From positions 1 to 55,476 of the forward strand of contig CACWOA010000001.1 of the NCBI GenBank assembly GCA_902762395.1: 55,476 bases of DNA, given 5' to 3'. Each line of letters begins with the position of its first letter. Position 1 is the first letter of the stretch. Origin of the DNA: an uncultured Ruminococcus sp. (lineage in GTDB: Bacteria > Bacillota > Clostridia > Oscillospirales > Acutalibacteraceae). Below, in pieces: positions 9,585 to 18,417 of the stretch. A model generated the notes under the pieces. That model was not told the origin of the DNA and searched no databases. It saw nothing but the letters and a program-made list of their open reading frames with translations. The position numbers were made by a program, and so were the translations under genes.

Positions 9585-10660
9585 TAGTTGTTGCCTCCCA
9601 TCATAGCAATGAATTCTTCAAAAAGCGGCGCGGAGTCCAGCGGACCGGGGCATGCCTCGGGGTGGAACTGCACGGTGAAGACGTAGCCGTTTTTATAGCG
9701 CACGCCCTCACAGCTTCCGTCGTTGACGTTGACGTGGCTCATCTCGGCCACAGCGGGGTCGATAGACTGCTCGTCCACCACATAGCCGTGATTCTGCGAG
9801 GTGATGTAGATATGACCCGTTTTCAAATCCTTGACCGGGTGATTGGCGCCTCTGTGACCGTACTTGAGCTTGTAGGTGTCAAAGCCGTTGGCCAGCGCCG
9901 TGAGCTGATGCCCCAGACAGATGGCAAAAATCGGAATTTTTGCCGCGATGAGCTTCTTGATTTCCTCAATCACACTGCCGCACTGCTTGGGGTCGCCGGG
10001 TCCGTTGGAAAGCATGACGCCGTCCGGTCCAGCCGCCAGAATCTCCTCCGCGGAGGTCTGCGCAGGGTAGACCGTGACCTCGCAGCCGAGGTTCACGAGG
10101 GACTGCGGAATATTCTGCTTGGCGCCCAGATCGAGAAGCGCCACCTTATACCGACCGCCCTGACCGAGGGTGTATTTTTCCGCGCAGGTGACAGTCGGCA
10201 CTGTTTCGGGCAGGGTGTATGCCTTGATCTCTTTCATGCAGGCATTCATGTCGAAGCGCTCGCCAAAGGTAATCATGCCGCGCATGGTTCCCGACTCGCG
10301 AAGGTGCTTGGTCAGCGCACGGGTGTCAATCCCCTGTATAACGGGAATATCATTTTTGATCAGATAATCCCGCAGGAACCCCTCCGAGCGGAAGTTGGAA
10401 GCGGTTCTGTTCAGCTCGCGCACGATGTACGCCTCCACCCACGGGCGGCGGGATTCGGTATCCTCTCCGCATACGCCGTAGCTGCCGATAATGGGATATG
10501 TCATCACAACGCCCTGCCCCGCGTAAGACGGGTCGGTAAGAAGCTCACGATAGCCCGTCATGGAGGTGTTGAACACAATTTCACAGACGGTTTTCTTTTC
10601 CGCTCCGACAGATTCGCCCTGGTAGACGCGTCCGTCCTCGAGAATCAGCCATGCTTTCAT
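9584..10660 (-). CDS. carA: Carbamoyl-phosphate synthase small (glutaminase) subunit
   Basis: It has the GATase triad context (ICLGHQ, VQFHPE). The TAATG overlap joins it to the carB start. I prefer the ATG at 10660, which has an AAGGA RBS. The track start at 10696 is also possible. Confidence 0.93.
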   Translation of the reverse strand: MKAWLILEDGRVYQGESVGAEKKTVCEIVFNTSMTGYRELLTDPSYAGQGVVMTYPIIGSYGVCGEDTESRRPWVEAYIVRELNRTASNFRSEGFLRDYLIKNDIPVIQGIDTRALTKHLRESGTMRGMITFGERFDMNACMKEIKAYTLPETVPTVTCAEKYTLGQGGRYKVALLDLGAKQNIPQSLVNLGCEVTVYPAQTSAEEILAAGPDGVMLSNGPGDPKQCGSVIEEIKKLIAAKIPIFAICLGHQLTALANGFDTYKLKYGHRGANHPVKDLKTGHIYITSQNHGYVVDEQSIDPAVAEMSHVNVNDGSCEGVRYKNGYVFTVQFHPEACPGPLDSAPLFEEFIAMMGGNN

Positions 10661-10763
10661 TTGCTGTTCATTCCTTTTCTCGTATTTTTGAGACAACGTC
10701 GGTCAGGAAAGACCTCCGTTTTCTCATTGTTTTCGCCTTTTCGCGATACACACATTTCATATA

Positions 10764-10792
10764 ATTATAGCATAGTGTTATGACAATTTCAA
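10764..10792 (-). promoter_or_regulatory. Sigma-A-type promoter for carAB
   Basis: On the minus strand it reads TTGAAA, a 17-nt spacer, then TATAAT. Confidence 0.6.
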
Positions 10793-10862
10793 TATCGAAT
10801 TTTTAGATAAATGCGGCGGGGTTTTGTGCCTTTTTATTGTAGAAAAGCGGCATGGTAAAAGA

Positions 10863-12074
10863 TTAAAACGCTTTCTTGATCCGCTCGATAGCCGCTACGG
10901 AATTTTCCAGCGAACCAAACGAGGTGAGGCGGAAATAGCCTTCGCCGCTCGGGCCGAAGCCCGAACCGGGCGTGCCGACCACACCGGCGCGGTTGATGAG
11001 TTCGTCAAAGAATTCCCATGAAGTCAGGCCGTCCGGCGTTTTCAGCCAGATGTAAGGCGCGTTCACGCCGCCGTACACGGTAAAGCCCGCCTGAGCAAGT
11101 CCCTCTCGTATCACCTTGGCGTTATGGAGATAATAAGCGATTGTCTCGCGAATCTGCTTTTGTCCCTCCGCTGAATAAACCGCCTCCGCGCCGCGCTGCA
11201 CGATGTAAGGCACGCCGTTGAACTTGGTGGTCTGACGGCGGTTCCAGAGCGCGCCCAGCGAAACGCCGCCGCAGGTCAGCTCCTTGGGAACAACGGTGTA
11301 GCCGCAGCGGGTACCCGTGAAGCCCGCCGTCTTGCTGAAGCTGCGGAATTCGATGGCGCACTTCTTCGCGCCCTCGATCTCGAAAATACTGTGGGGAATG
11401 TCCTCTGTGATAAACGCTTCATACGCCGAGTCATACAGGATGACCGAACCGCTTGACAGCGCGTAATCCACCCACTTTTGCAGCCCCTCATAGGTGATGG
11501 AAGCGCCTGTGGGATTGTTGGGGAAACAGAGATAAATCATGTCCGCCTTTTTGTCGGGCAGCGCGGGGGCAAATCCGTTTTCCTCCGTGCAGGGCATATA
11601 GACAAGGCTGCTCCATCTGCCGTCGGACTGCGGCTCGCCTGCCCGTCCCGCCATGGCATTGGTATCGACATACACGGGATACACCGGGTCGCACACCGCC
11701 ACAATGTTGTCCTTGCCGAAGATATCCCCGATGTTGCCGGTGTCGGACTTCGCGCCGTCGCTCACAAACACCTCGTCGGGAGAAATGGCAATGCCCCGGG
11801 CGCGGTAGTCGTTTTCCGCAATGGCTTCCCGCAGAAAATCATATCCCTGTTCCGGACCGTAGCCGCGGAAGGTGGACGCCTCGCCCATCTCATCGCAGGC
11901 CTTCTTCATGGCCTCCACCACGGCGGGCGCCAGCGGACGGGTAACGTCCCCGATGCCCAGACGGATGATCGACCTGTCGGGATGCGCGGCGGTATAAGCC
12001 GCCACTCTCTTGGCGATATCCGAGAAAAGGTAGCTTCCCGGCAGCTTGACAAAATTTTCGTTGATGGTAAACAT
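10863..12074 (-). CDS. dapL: LL-diaminopimelate aminotransferase
   Basis: The N-terminus ([20 protein letters not shown]) and the PLP-lysine context ([15 protein letters not shown]) are typical of DapL. Confidence 0.88.
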   Translation of the reverse strand: MFTINENFVKLPGSYLFSDIAKRVAAYTAAHPDRSIIRLGIGDVTRPLAPAVVEAMKKACDEMGEASTFRGYGPEQGYDFLREAIAENDYRARGIAISPDEVFVSDGAKSDTGNIGDIFGKDNIVAVCDPVYPVYVDTNAMAGRAGEPQSDGRWSSLVYMPCTEENGFAPALPDKKADMIYLCFPNNPTGASITYEGLQKWVDYALSSGSVILYDSAYEAFITEDIPHSIFEIEGAKKCAIEFRSFSKTAGFTGTRCGYTVVPKELTCGGVSLGALWNRRQTTKFNGVPYIVQRGAEAVYSAEGQKQIRETIAYYLHNAKVIREGLAQAGFTVYGGVNAPYIWLKTPDGLTSWEFFDELINRAGVVGTPGSGFGPSGEGYFRLTSFGSLENSVAAIERIKKAF

Positions 12075-12140
12075 TTGTATCGTCCTCCTGTTGGTTTACG
12101 TTGGATGAAGCAGTAACACTCAAATCCATTCCGAATGGAA

Positions 12141-12971
12141 TTAAACTTCTCCTTCAAAGACAAAGGTCGCGGGACCTGTCATGTAGATGGTGTTTTCCTC
12201 GCGGTTCCACTCGATGCAAAGATCGCCGCCGCGCAGCTTGACCGTGACCGTATCGCTCGTCACATAACCGCAGAGAATCGACGCGACCGCCACGGCGCAC
12301 GCGCCTGTGCCGCACGCCCACGTCTCCCCCGAACCGCGTTCCCACACGCGCATCTGCACGGTGCTGTCGTCGATTTTTCTGACAAATTCGGTGTTGACGC
12401 GTTCGGGGAAGAGCGGGTCGTTCTCGAATTTCGGTCCGGTTTTCTCTAAATCCATGCCGTCCACATCGTCCACGAACACCACGCAGTGAGGATTTCCCAT
12501 CGACACGCAGGTGATGTGCCACTCGCCGCCTGCCACGGCGACCGCCTGATTGACCAGGCGGTCGCCGTTCCACCTGACGGGGATGAGCGCAGGCTCTAAA
12601 ATCGGACGACCCATGTTGACCCGGACGGAAGTCACGTCCCCGTCCTCCACGGTCAGTTGCGCGGTCTTGACGCCGCCGAGGGTTTCGACGGTGATCTCTG
12701 TCTTGTCGGTCAGACCCTTGGCATAAACATATTTGGCAAAGCAGCGCACACCGTTGCCGCACATTTTCCCCTCCGAGCCGTCCGCGTTGAACATACGCAT
12801 CTTGAAATCGGCGACTTCCGAAGGACAAATCAGAATCATGCCGTCGGAACCCACGCCGAAATGACGGTCGCTGAGCCGGATAGAAGTCTGCGACGGATCA
12901 AAATCCATGCCGTCCATACAGTTGACGTAAATGTAATCGTTGCCGATGCCGTGCATCTTGGTAAATTTCAT
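12141..12971 (-). CDS. dapF: Diaminopimelate epimerase
   Basis: It begins MKFTKMHGIGNDYIYV and has the two catalytic Cys contexts (MCGNG and ACGTGA). The ATG at 12971 has a perfect AGGAGGGAG RBS. The track start at 12995 is unlikely. Confidence 0.93.
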   Translation of the reverse strand: MKFTKMHGIGNDYIYVNCMDGMDFDPSQTSIRLSDRHFGVGSDGMILICPSEVADFKMRMFNADGSEGKMCGNGVRCFAKYVYAKGLTDKTEITVETLGGVKTAQLTVEDGDVTSVRVNMGRPILEPALIPVRWNGDRLVNQAVAVAGGEWHITCVSMGNPHCVVFVDDVDGMDLEKTGPKFENDPLFPERVNTEFVRKIDDSTVQMRVWERGSGETWACGTGACAVAVASILCGYVTSDTVTVKLRGGDLCIEWNREENTIYMTGPATFVFEGEV

Positions 12972-12995
12972 ATGGTTTCTCCCTCCTGTAAGCAT

Positions 12996-13028
12996 AAAAA
13001 AAGGAATAGCAGATGAACTGCTATCCCC
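12996..13028 (-). terminator. Rho-independent terminator of the ANTAR gene
   Basis: On the minus strand the stem ggatagcag / ctgctattcc is followed by ttttttt. Confidence 0.75.
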
Positions 13029-13112
13029 TCATTGGAATAACGGAAAAAAGAACCGTTGCAAATCCGGCACTCGTATGCGATTTTGACAAAACCGAAAGTA
13101 CAACGCTCATTC

Positions 13113-13670
13113 TCACAAAACTCCGTTCCATATTTTTTCCGCCACCGCCACCAGACTGTCCCCCGTGTCCATGCTTTTCTTTTGCATGAAGCGGTGCGCT
13201 TCGGGTTCGGTCATATTGTTGCGCTCCATCAGCAGCGCCTTGGCTCTGTCAATCAGGTCGTTATCGGCTTTGCTGCGCGGCGCGGGTCTTTGCTCCTTTG
13301 TCTCAGGCTTATGATCGTGCCAGCCCCGCTCGAGAAGCAGTGCCAGCGTTTCGATCAGGTCGCGGCGATTGAGGGGAATGTCGAGACAGATCATGCCCTC
13401 GCCCCGCACCATCGCGCGCTGTCTGGCGGACAGCAGCACCACCATCTCGAAATGCTCCGGTCTGATCTGAAAAAGCTCCATGACGGTCATATCGCTCATG
13501 GCATAGGTACACAGCAGCACACCGCCGTCCCCGCTGAAACGGGACGCAAGGTGCAGCGCCGAGGCGCCTTTTGTGACTGTCCCCAGTACCCTGATGCCGG
13601 ACGAAGAGACAACCTGTGCCAGCTTTTCTCCCATACCCGCGTCACGGCAGGCAATGATCACACCGTTCAA
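13113..13670 (-). CDS. ANTAR-domain RNA-binding regulator with a receiver-like N-terminal domain
   Basis: The C-terminal ANTAR pattern is IDRAKALLMERNNMTEPEAHRFMQKKSMD. The N-terminal fold resembles a receiver, but I cannot find the usual phospho-acceptor Asp after beta-3 (VLLCTYAMSD). The start is TTG with a GAGAGG RBS. Confidence 0.78.
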   Translation of the reverse strand: MNGVIIACRDAGMGEKLAQVVSSSGIRVLGTVTKGASALHLASRFSGDGGVLLCTYAMSDMTVMELFQIRPEHFEMVVLLSARQRAMVRGEGMICLDIPLNRRDLIETLALLLERGWHDHKPETKEQRPAPRSKADNDLIDRAKALLMERNNMTEPEAHRFMQKKSMDTGDSLVAVAEKIWNGVL

Positions 13671-13722
13671 ATGCTACAACCTCTCAAATCAAAACGCGAT
13701 AAACCTATACTCAGCATTCTTT

Positions 13723-13751
13723 ATTTTAACGGTATAAAGTCCAAAAGTCAA
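13723..13751 (-). promoter_or_regulatory. Sigma-A-type promoter for the ANTAR gene
   Basis: On the minus strand it reads TTGACT, a 17-nt spacer, then TAAAAT. Confidence 0.55.
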
Positions 13752-13847
13752 CCTATTTTTTGATGACAAAGCAAGAATCGTTTATCCCTCAAAAATCCAC
13801 CTGTGTTGCCAATGGGATTTGTATAATATGTATAATGCCTGCCGCCG

Positions 13848-14747
13848 TCAGATCAGGCTCAGCAGCATGGCGACAAAGGCCACCACGCCCGCCGTCACGC
13901 CCAGCAGCAGCGCCAGCCGCCGCCGCAGAATCGCGGTGCGTCCGTCATCCAGCACCCGGGCGATCACCACCGTGAGGTTGTCCCCGCTGCCCTTGCGCAG
14001 CGCCTTTTCAATCAGTGCGTCGGCAATGTCGCGCACCGGTCTGCCCGAGCTGAGCATGGCATAGATGGAATGATTGGGCAGCACATCCGAAACGCCGTCG
14101 GAACAGATCAGCAGCATATCCCCGTTGCGGATCGTGGTGTAGTTCTCGTTGGGCTTGAGTCCGCGGACATTTTCCATGCCGAGATATTGCGAGAGCTGGT
14201 TGCGGATGTAAGAGCGGCTCGCCTGGTCTTCGGAAATGGCGCCCATATCCACCAGCTCCTGCGCGAAGGTCTGCGGCTTGCTCAGCCGCTCGATGCCGTA
14301 CTGTGTCTTGTGATAAATTTCGCTGTCCCCTAAATTGCAGGCATAGACATATTGATTGGCGACCACCAGCATAGAAACGGTGGACCCCATCTTTTTGCCC
14401 GACTCCTTGCATCGCTCCAATATTCTGCCGTTGGCTTCGCGGAGCATACGCCTCGCCGTGCGGGACGCGTTCCGACTGTCCTCCGACTGCCGGAGCGAAT
14501 CGGAATAATCCGATATGGTCGATACGCCGATCATGGCGGCGACGTCGCCGTCCGCCTGCCCACCCATACCGTCGCACACCGCCAGCACATGGGCATTCAG
14601 GCTGTCCACCGCGTCAAACCGTTCGGCCACCACGTTGTAGTGATCTATATAACAGCCGTTGACAAAAAAATTATCCTGATTGCTTGTCCGCTTCTGACCG
14701 ATATCGGTCACAGCGGCAATTTCCAGTGTAACAGGAACACCGCCCAT
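13848..14747 (-). CDS. PP2C-family Ser/Thr phosphatase with a C-terminal membrane anchor
   Basis: The PP2C motifs are TDIGQKRTSNQD, VCDGMGG, CSDGVSD and GSGDNLTV. The C-terminal hydrophobic tail is LLLGVTAGVVAFVAMLLSLI. ATG follows a GAAAGGAGG RBS. Confidence 0.85.
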   Translation of the reverse strand: MGGVPVTLEIAAVTDIGQKRTSNQDNFFVNGCYIDHYNVVAERFDAVDSLNAHVLAVCDGMGGQADGDVAAMIGVSTISDYSDSLRQSEDSRNASRTARRMLREANGRILERCKESGKKMGSTVSMLVVANQYVYACNLGDSEIYHKTQYGIERLSKPQTFAQELVDMGAISEDQASRSYIRNQLSQYLGMENVRGLKPNENYTTIRNGDMLLICSDGVSDVLPNHSIYAMLSSGRPVRDIADALIEKALRKGSGDNLTVVIARVLDDGRTAILRRRLALLLGVTAGVVAFVAMLLSLI

Positions 14748-14864
14748 CGGATCATTCCTCCTTTCTCCGTTGCATTTTACCGATTGTATTCATGATACCA
14801 TCAAACCTGCGTATTTGTCAAGTTTTTTGGAAATTCTTGCCCCTTCCTTCTCGTGGTCATCCCG

Positions 14865-16142
14865 TCACCCCAGCACCGAACGGAGGTTCTTCATCTCCTC
14901 GGCGGTCTGCTCGCTGTCGAGATAGGCATAGGAATACAGCGCGAAACCGTCCGCGTGTATCTCGCTGCCCCGGGTGAAAAGCACCTGGTTCATAATGATA
15001 TCGTCCGCCGCCTGCCATTTGCCGCCGTCGCTGTCGGAACCCGCCTTGTAAAGCGCCAGCCCTATGTAGAGCTTCACTTTATCGCTGCTCACCAGCGCAC
15101 GCCACTTGCGGCACATCGGCTCAAAGGGGGCGATTTTGTTGTCGCTCGTCCAATAAATCTGCGGCGCGAGGTAATCCACATACCCTTCCGCGCTGCCCCA
15201 TGTTTTGACGTCCGCGCCCGCGCTCAGGCAGTTGTCGATATTTCCGGCGGGGCTGATGCCAAAGACGCAGGTATCATCCGCCTTTTTGACGGCGCTGTAA
15301 ACCGCTTTGACCAGGGCGCTGATATTCTGCGTGCGCCAGTCGGACAGCGACAGCTTCCCGCCGCCCGCCTGGTACGCCGCATACGCCTTGCTGTCGTCAA
15401 AGGAAGCGTCGGAGGCGGGATAAAAATAATCGTCCCAATGCACGCCGTCCACATTGTATTTTTCCACGATCTCCCGCACGCCGCTCACAATCCGCTCACG
15501 GACTTCAGGAATGGCGGGGTTGTAATATTTGCCCTTTTTGTAGTCGATCACCCAGTCGTCATTGTCGGGGTTATCGTCGCCGCGCCAGACCACATAGGGA
15601 TTGTCATCCGAAAGCGCGGGCGGATAAGAGCCGGAATTGAGCATGATGCGCAGAGGATTGAGCCACGCGTGCAACTGCAAGCCTTCCCGGTGCGCCGCCT
15701 CCACGGCGTAGGCGAGGGGGTCAAAGCCGTCGGACGGCGCCTGTCCCTGCGTTCCCGTGACAAGATGCGACCAGGGGTAATAGTCGGAATCATAGAGCGC
15801 GTCTCCAAAGGGGCGCACATGGAAATAGATGGTGTTCATGCCGTTGGATTTTGCCGTGCTCACCATGCTGTCGATCTTGGATTTGTTGACGCCGTCGAGC
15901 GACAGATAGGCAATCCATACCCCGCGCAGCTCGTCCGATGAGACGGCGGGTCTGCCGTATTGATCCACGCCGTCGCCGTTGGGAGGATACTGCCCCTCTC
16001 TGCGGCTTCTGATCGGAACGCCCTCTCCCCTGTGCAGCAGATAGGGCAGTGAAGCGCCGACCGCAATGACGACCGTGAGCAGCGCTGTCACCGCGTAAAA
16101 GAGCGCCGATTTCTTTTTTTTCTTTGCCTGATTGCCTTTCAA
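14865..16142 (-). CDS. Glycoside-hydrolase-like family 10 (GHL10/YngK-type) secreted protein
   Basis: It has an N-terminal signal/TM segment and a TIM-barrel-like pattern (LRGVWIA, NTIYFHVRP, LQLHAWLNP, VDGVHWDDYFYP). The start is TTG, 8 nt after AGGAGG. Confidence 0.72.
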   Translation of the reverse strand: MKGNQAKKKKKSALFYAVTALLTVVIAVGASLPYLLHRGEGVPIRSRREGQYPPNGDGVDQYGRPAVSSDELRGVWIAYLSLDGVNKSKIDSMVSTAKSNGMNTIYFHVRPFGDALYDSDYYPWSHLVTGTQGQAPSDGFDPLAYAVEAAHREGLQLHAWLNPLRIMLNSGSYPPALSDDNPYVVWRGDDNPDNDDWVIDYKKGKYYNPAIPEVRERIVSGVREIVEKYNVDGVHWDDYFYPASDASFDDSKAYAAYQAGGGKLSLSDWRTQNISALVKAVYSAVKKADDTCVFGISPAGNIDNCLSAGADVKTWGSAEGYVDYLAPQIYWTSDNKIAPFEPMCRKWRALVSSDKVKLYIGLALYKAGSDSDGGKWQAADDIIMNQVLFTRGSEIHADGFALYSYAYLDSEQTAEEMKNLRSVLG

Positions 16143-16274
16143 TAGCCATTCCTCCTAAAATGTATGTAATTATTCACAAAAAATGTATTGACTTAACAGA
16201 ATAATTATACTACTATTTAATTATCTTCGGGTGTACGAAGTGTAAATTCTATCGAAAAAAGGAGTTTTCTGTCC

Positions 16275-16595
16275 ATGAGATCCGTCGATGCCTTTCTTCT
16301 CGGCTGTCTTGCCGTCTTAGCCATCTATCTTATCATCATCAGCGCCTTTGCGGTCTATCAGACCAAGCGCGACAAAGCCCTTGCCAATGTCCCCAAGGAT
16401 TCCTCCCATTACTGGCGCATTCCCGAATTTCAGCTTATGCTGATCTCGGCGCTGGGCGGTTCCTTCGCCATGTACGCCACCATGAAAAAGATTCGCCACA
16501 AGACCCAGCACCCCAAATTCATGATTGGCATTCCCGTCATCATGGTGGTGCAGGTCGCGCTGGCCGCCTTCATCGTCTGGCTGCGGTTTTCCTGA
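16275..16595 (+). CDS. DUF1294 family membrane protein
   Basis: It is a small three-helix membrane protein with the pattern WRIPE..L..SALGGSFAMY..MKKIRHKTQHPKF. Confidence 0.78.
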   Translation: MRSVDAFLLGCLAVLAIYLIIISAFAVYQTKRDKALANVPKDSSHYWRIPEFQLMLISALGGSFAMYATMKKIRHKTQHPKFMIGIPVIMVVQVALAAFIVWLRFS

Positions 16596-16651
16596 TCTCA
16601 TCTGTATGCGGGTGAGAACAGAATTATGACATCACTCGGGAGGTACAGGAT

Positions 16652-17683
16652 TTGAAAAAAATAACGCTCGGCATGGACGTCGGCATTGACCTCGGCTCCA
16701 CCACCGTCAAAATCTACACGCCCGGTCGCGGAATCGCTCTCGAGGAACCCACCATGGTCGCCGTGGACAGGGACACCGACGAGATTCTCGCCTTCGGCTC
16801 CGACGCGCGGCAGATGCTGGGGCGCACGCCGGAAAGCGTCGCCGTCGTCAGCCCTGTGGAATACGGGCGCATCCGGAATTTCCGTCTCACCGAAATCATG
16901 CTCACCGCTTATGTCAAAGAGGTGTGCGGCAACAAAATCTTTATGCCGCGCGTGGTGGTGTGCGTGCCTTCGGGCGTATCGGAAGTGGAAAAAAGCGAGG
17001 TGGTGGAATCGCTGCGGGCAGCCGGGGCGCGCAGAGTCTATCTGATCGAAACCGTCGTGGCGGCGGCGCTGGGCGCAGGGGTGGATATCTCGCAGCCCCG
17101 CGGGCGCATCGTCTGCGACATCGGCGGCGGCACCACCGACATCGGCGTGCTCACGCTCAACGGCACGGCCACCTCCCATTGGGTCAAATACGCGGGACAT
17201 TCCTTCAATGAAGCGCTGATTGACTACATCCGCCAGCGGTTCGGTCTGCTCATCGGACCCCGCACGGCGGAGCTCATCAAGCGGGAGGCAGGCTGCGTGA
17301 TACCGCGCGAAGCGGTTCTCACCGTCACCGCCAAGGGTCGCAGCGCCAAAACGGGTATGCCTGACATGATTCAGCTCACCTCTGAGGATATTTTAGAAGC
17401 CTTTGAGGAACCCGCCATTCACATCTGCCGCGCCGTGCAGCACACGCTGGAGGAAACGCCGCCCGCACTTGCCGGAGACCTTCTCAGCGGAGGCATTACG
17501 CTGACAGGCGGCGGCGCGAAGCTCTACGGCATCGACCATCTGATCGCCGAGCGCACCAAGCTCAGCGTCACCGTCGCCACCGACGCCGCCCAATGCGTCG
17601 CTCTCGGCACGGGCGAAGCCATCCGCTTTATCGACACGCGGGACAAGCTGGCAAAGGACACCTCGCCCCTCGATGTGTTTTGA
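16652..17683 (+). CDS. mreB: Rod-shape-determining actin homologue MreB/Mbl
   Basis: The actin-fold phosphate and adenosine motifs are GIDLGST, DIGGGTTDI and LTGGGA. TTG at 16652 follows GGGAGG. An ATG at 16673 is an alternative start. Confidence 0.9.
   Translation: MKKITLGMDVGIDLGSTTVKIYTPGRGIALEEPTMVAVDRDTDEILAFGSDARQMLGRTPESVAVVSPVEYGRIRNFRLTEIMLTAYVKEVCGNKIFMPRVVVCVPSGVSEVEKSEVVESLRAAGARRVYLIETVVAAALGAGVDISQPRGRIVCDIGGGTTDIGVLTLNGTATSHWVKYAGHSFNEALIDYIRQRFGLLIGPRTAELIKREAGCVIPREAVLTVTAKGRSAKTGMPDMIQLTSEDILEAFEEPAIHICRAVQHTLEETPPALAGDLLSGGITLTGGGAKLYGIDHLIAERTKLSVTVATDAAQCVALGTGEAIRFIDTRDKLAKDTSPLDVF
17546..17683 (+). repeat. Direct repeat copy 1 (3' end of the intact mreB)
   Basis: It recurs at 21577-21708. 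By eye I count 10 substitutions and one in-frame 6-nt gap. Positions 17594-17645 are identical to 21619-21670 (52 nt). Confidence 0.9.
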
Positions 17684-17752
17684 TTTTCATACAGGGAACG
17701 GCTTCCTTCGGAAGACAGGCGGTCCGGGAAGCAGCTATCCCGAAATAATATC

Positions 17753-17790
17753 GGCATAGTCGGTCAGGCATGATCGGCTATGCCTTTTTT
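17753..17790 (+). terminator. Rho-independent terminator after mreB
   Basis: The stem ggcatagtcggtc / gatcggctatgcc (with G-U pairs) is followed by tttttt. Confidence 0.7.
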
Positions 17791-17922
17791 GGTAGATAAA
17801 AAGGAGGCTTTTCCTATTGGTCATTCAACCACCTTACCAATACCACTGTCGATAATTCACAAATTGTTCATACAATGAGCCTTTCAAATGCGTTTTATCT
17901 ATGTAAGGAGGCATTGAACAAC

Positions 17923-18417
17923 ATGACAACACCCGAAGAAATCATCGCCAGATATTCCACACTGGTGATGAACATAGCAAGGTCGCGCGTAAGTTTCTCT
18001 GACGCGGACGATGTTTACCAGGAGGTATTTTACCGATACATAGACAAGGAACCGCATTTTAAGGACGAAAAGCACGAAAAGGCCTGGTTTATCCGTGTGA
18101 CATGCAATATTATCAACAGCATGTACCGTAAATCAGAGCTGAAGCAGCGTTTCGACATGCCGGACGAGGATATGTGCGACATCATCTCAGACAAAGACTT
18201 TGCCGCCGAAGCCGAACAGAAGGCGGATTTTGAAAACCGCCTCACCAGGCTTGGCGCAAAGGAAAAGGCGGTCCTGATGCTGTATTTCGACTGCGGCTAC
18301 AATGTCCGGGAAATAGCGTCTATTTATCAAGTGACAGAGAATGTGATAAAGCGGCTTTTGATGAAGGCAAAAAGAGACTATCGCAATATCGGGGAAAAGG
18401 AGGACAAGCACAGATGA
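17923..18417 (+). CDS. ECF-type sigma-70 family factor (second copy in the window)
   Basis: The region-2-like segment is DADDVYQEVFYRYI...KAWFIRVTCNII. The region-4 HTH-like segment is YNVREIASIYQVTENVIKRLLMKAKRDY. The ATG at 17923 follows AAGGAGG. The track start at 17875 has no RBS. Confidence 0.85.
   Translation: MTTPEEIIARYSTLVMNIARSRVSFSDADDVYQEVFYRYIDKEPHFKDEKHEKAWFIRVTCNIINSMYRKSELKQRFDMPDEDMCDIISDKDFAAEAEQKADFENRLTRLGAKEKAVLMLYFDCGYNVREIASIYQVTENVIKRLLMKAKRDYRNIGEKEDKHR

Noticed and set aside
10793-10812. A possible ArgR/AhrC ARG box (aaaaattcgatatt on the minus strand) just upstream of the carAB -35 box.
   Set aside because: It matches only half of the TGAATAAAAATTCA-type palindrome. 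That is too weak to call without a position-weight-matrix scan.
13056-13763. A 235-aa plus-strand ORF opposite the ANTAR gene.
   Set aside because: It is antisense to a gene with a clear ANTAR motif. It spans that gene's promoter region and has a His/Arg/Gln-rich composition typical of shadow frames.
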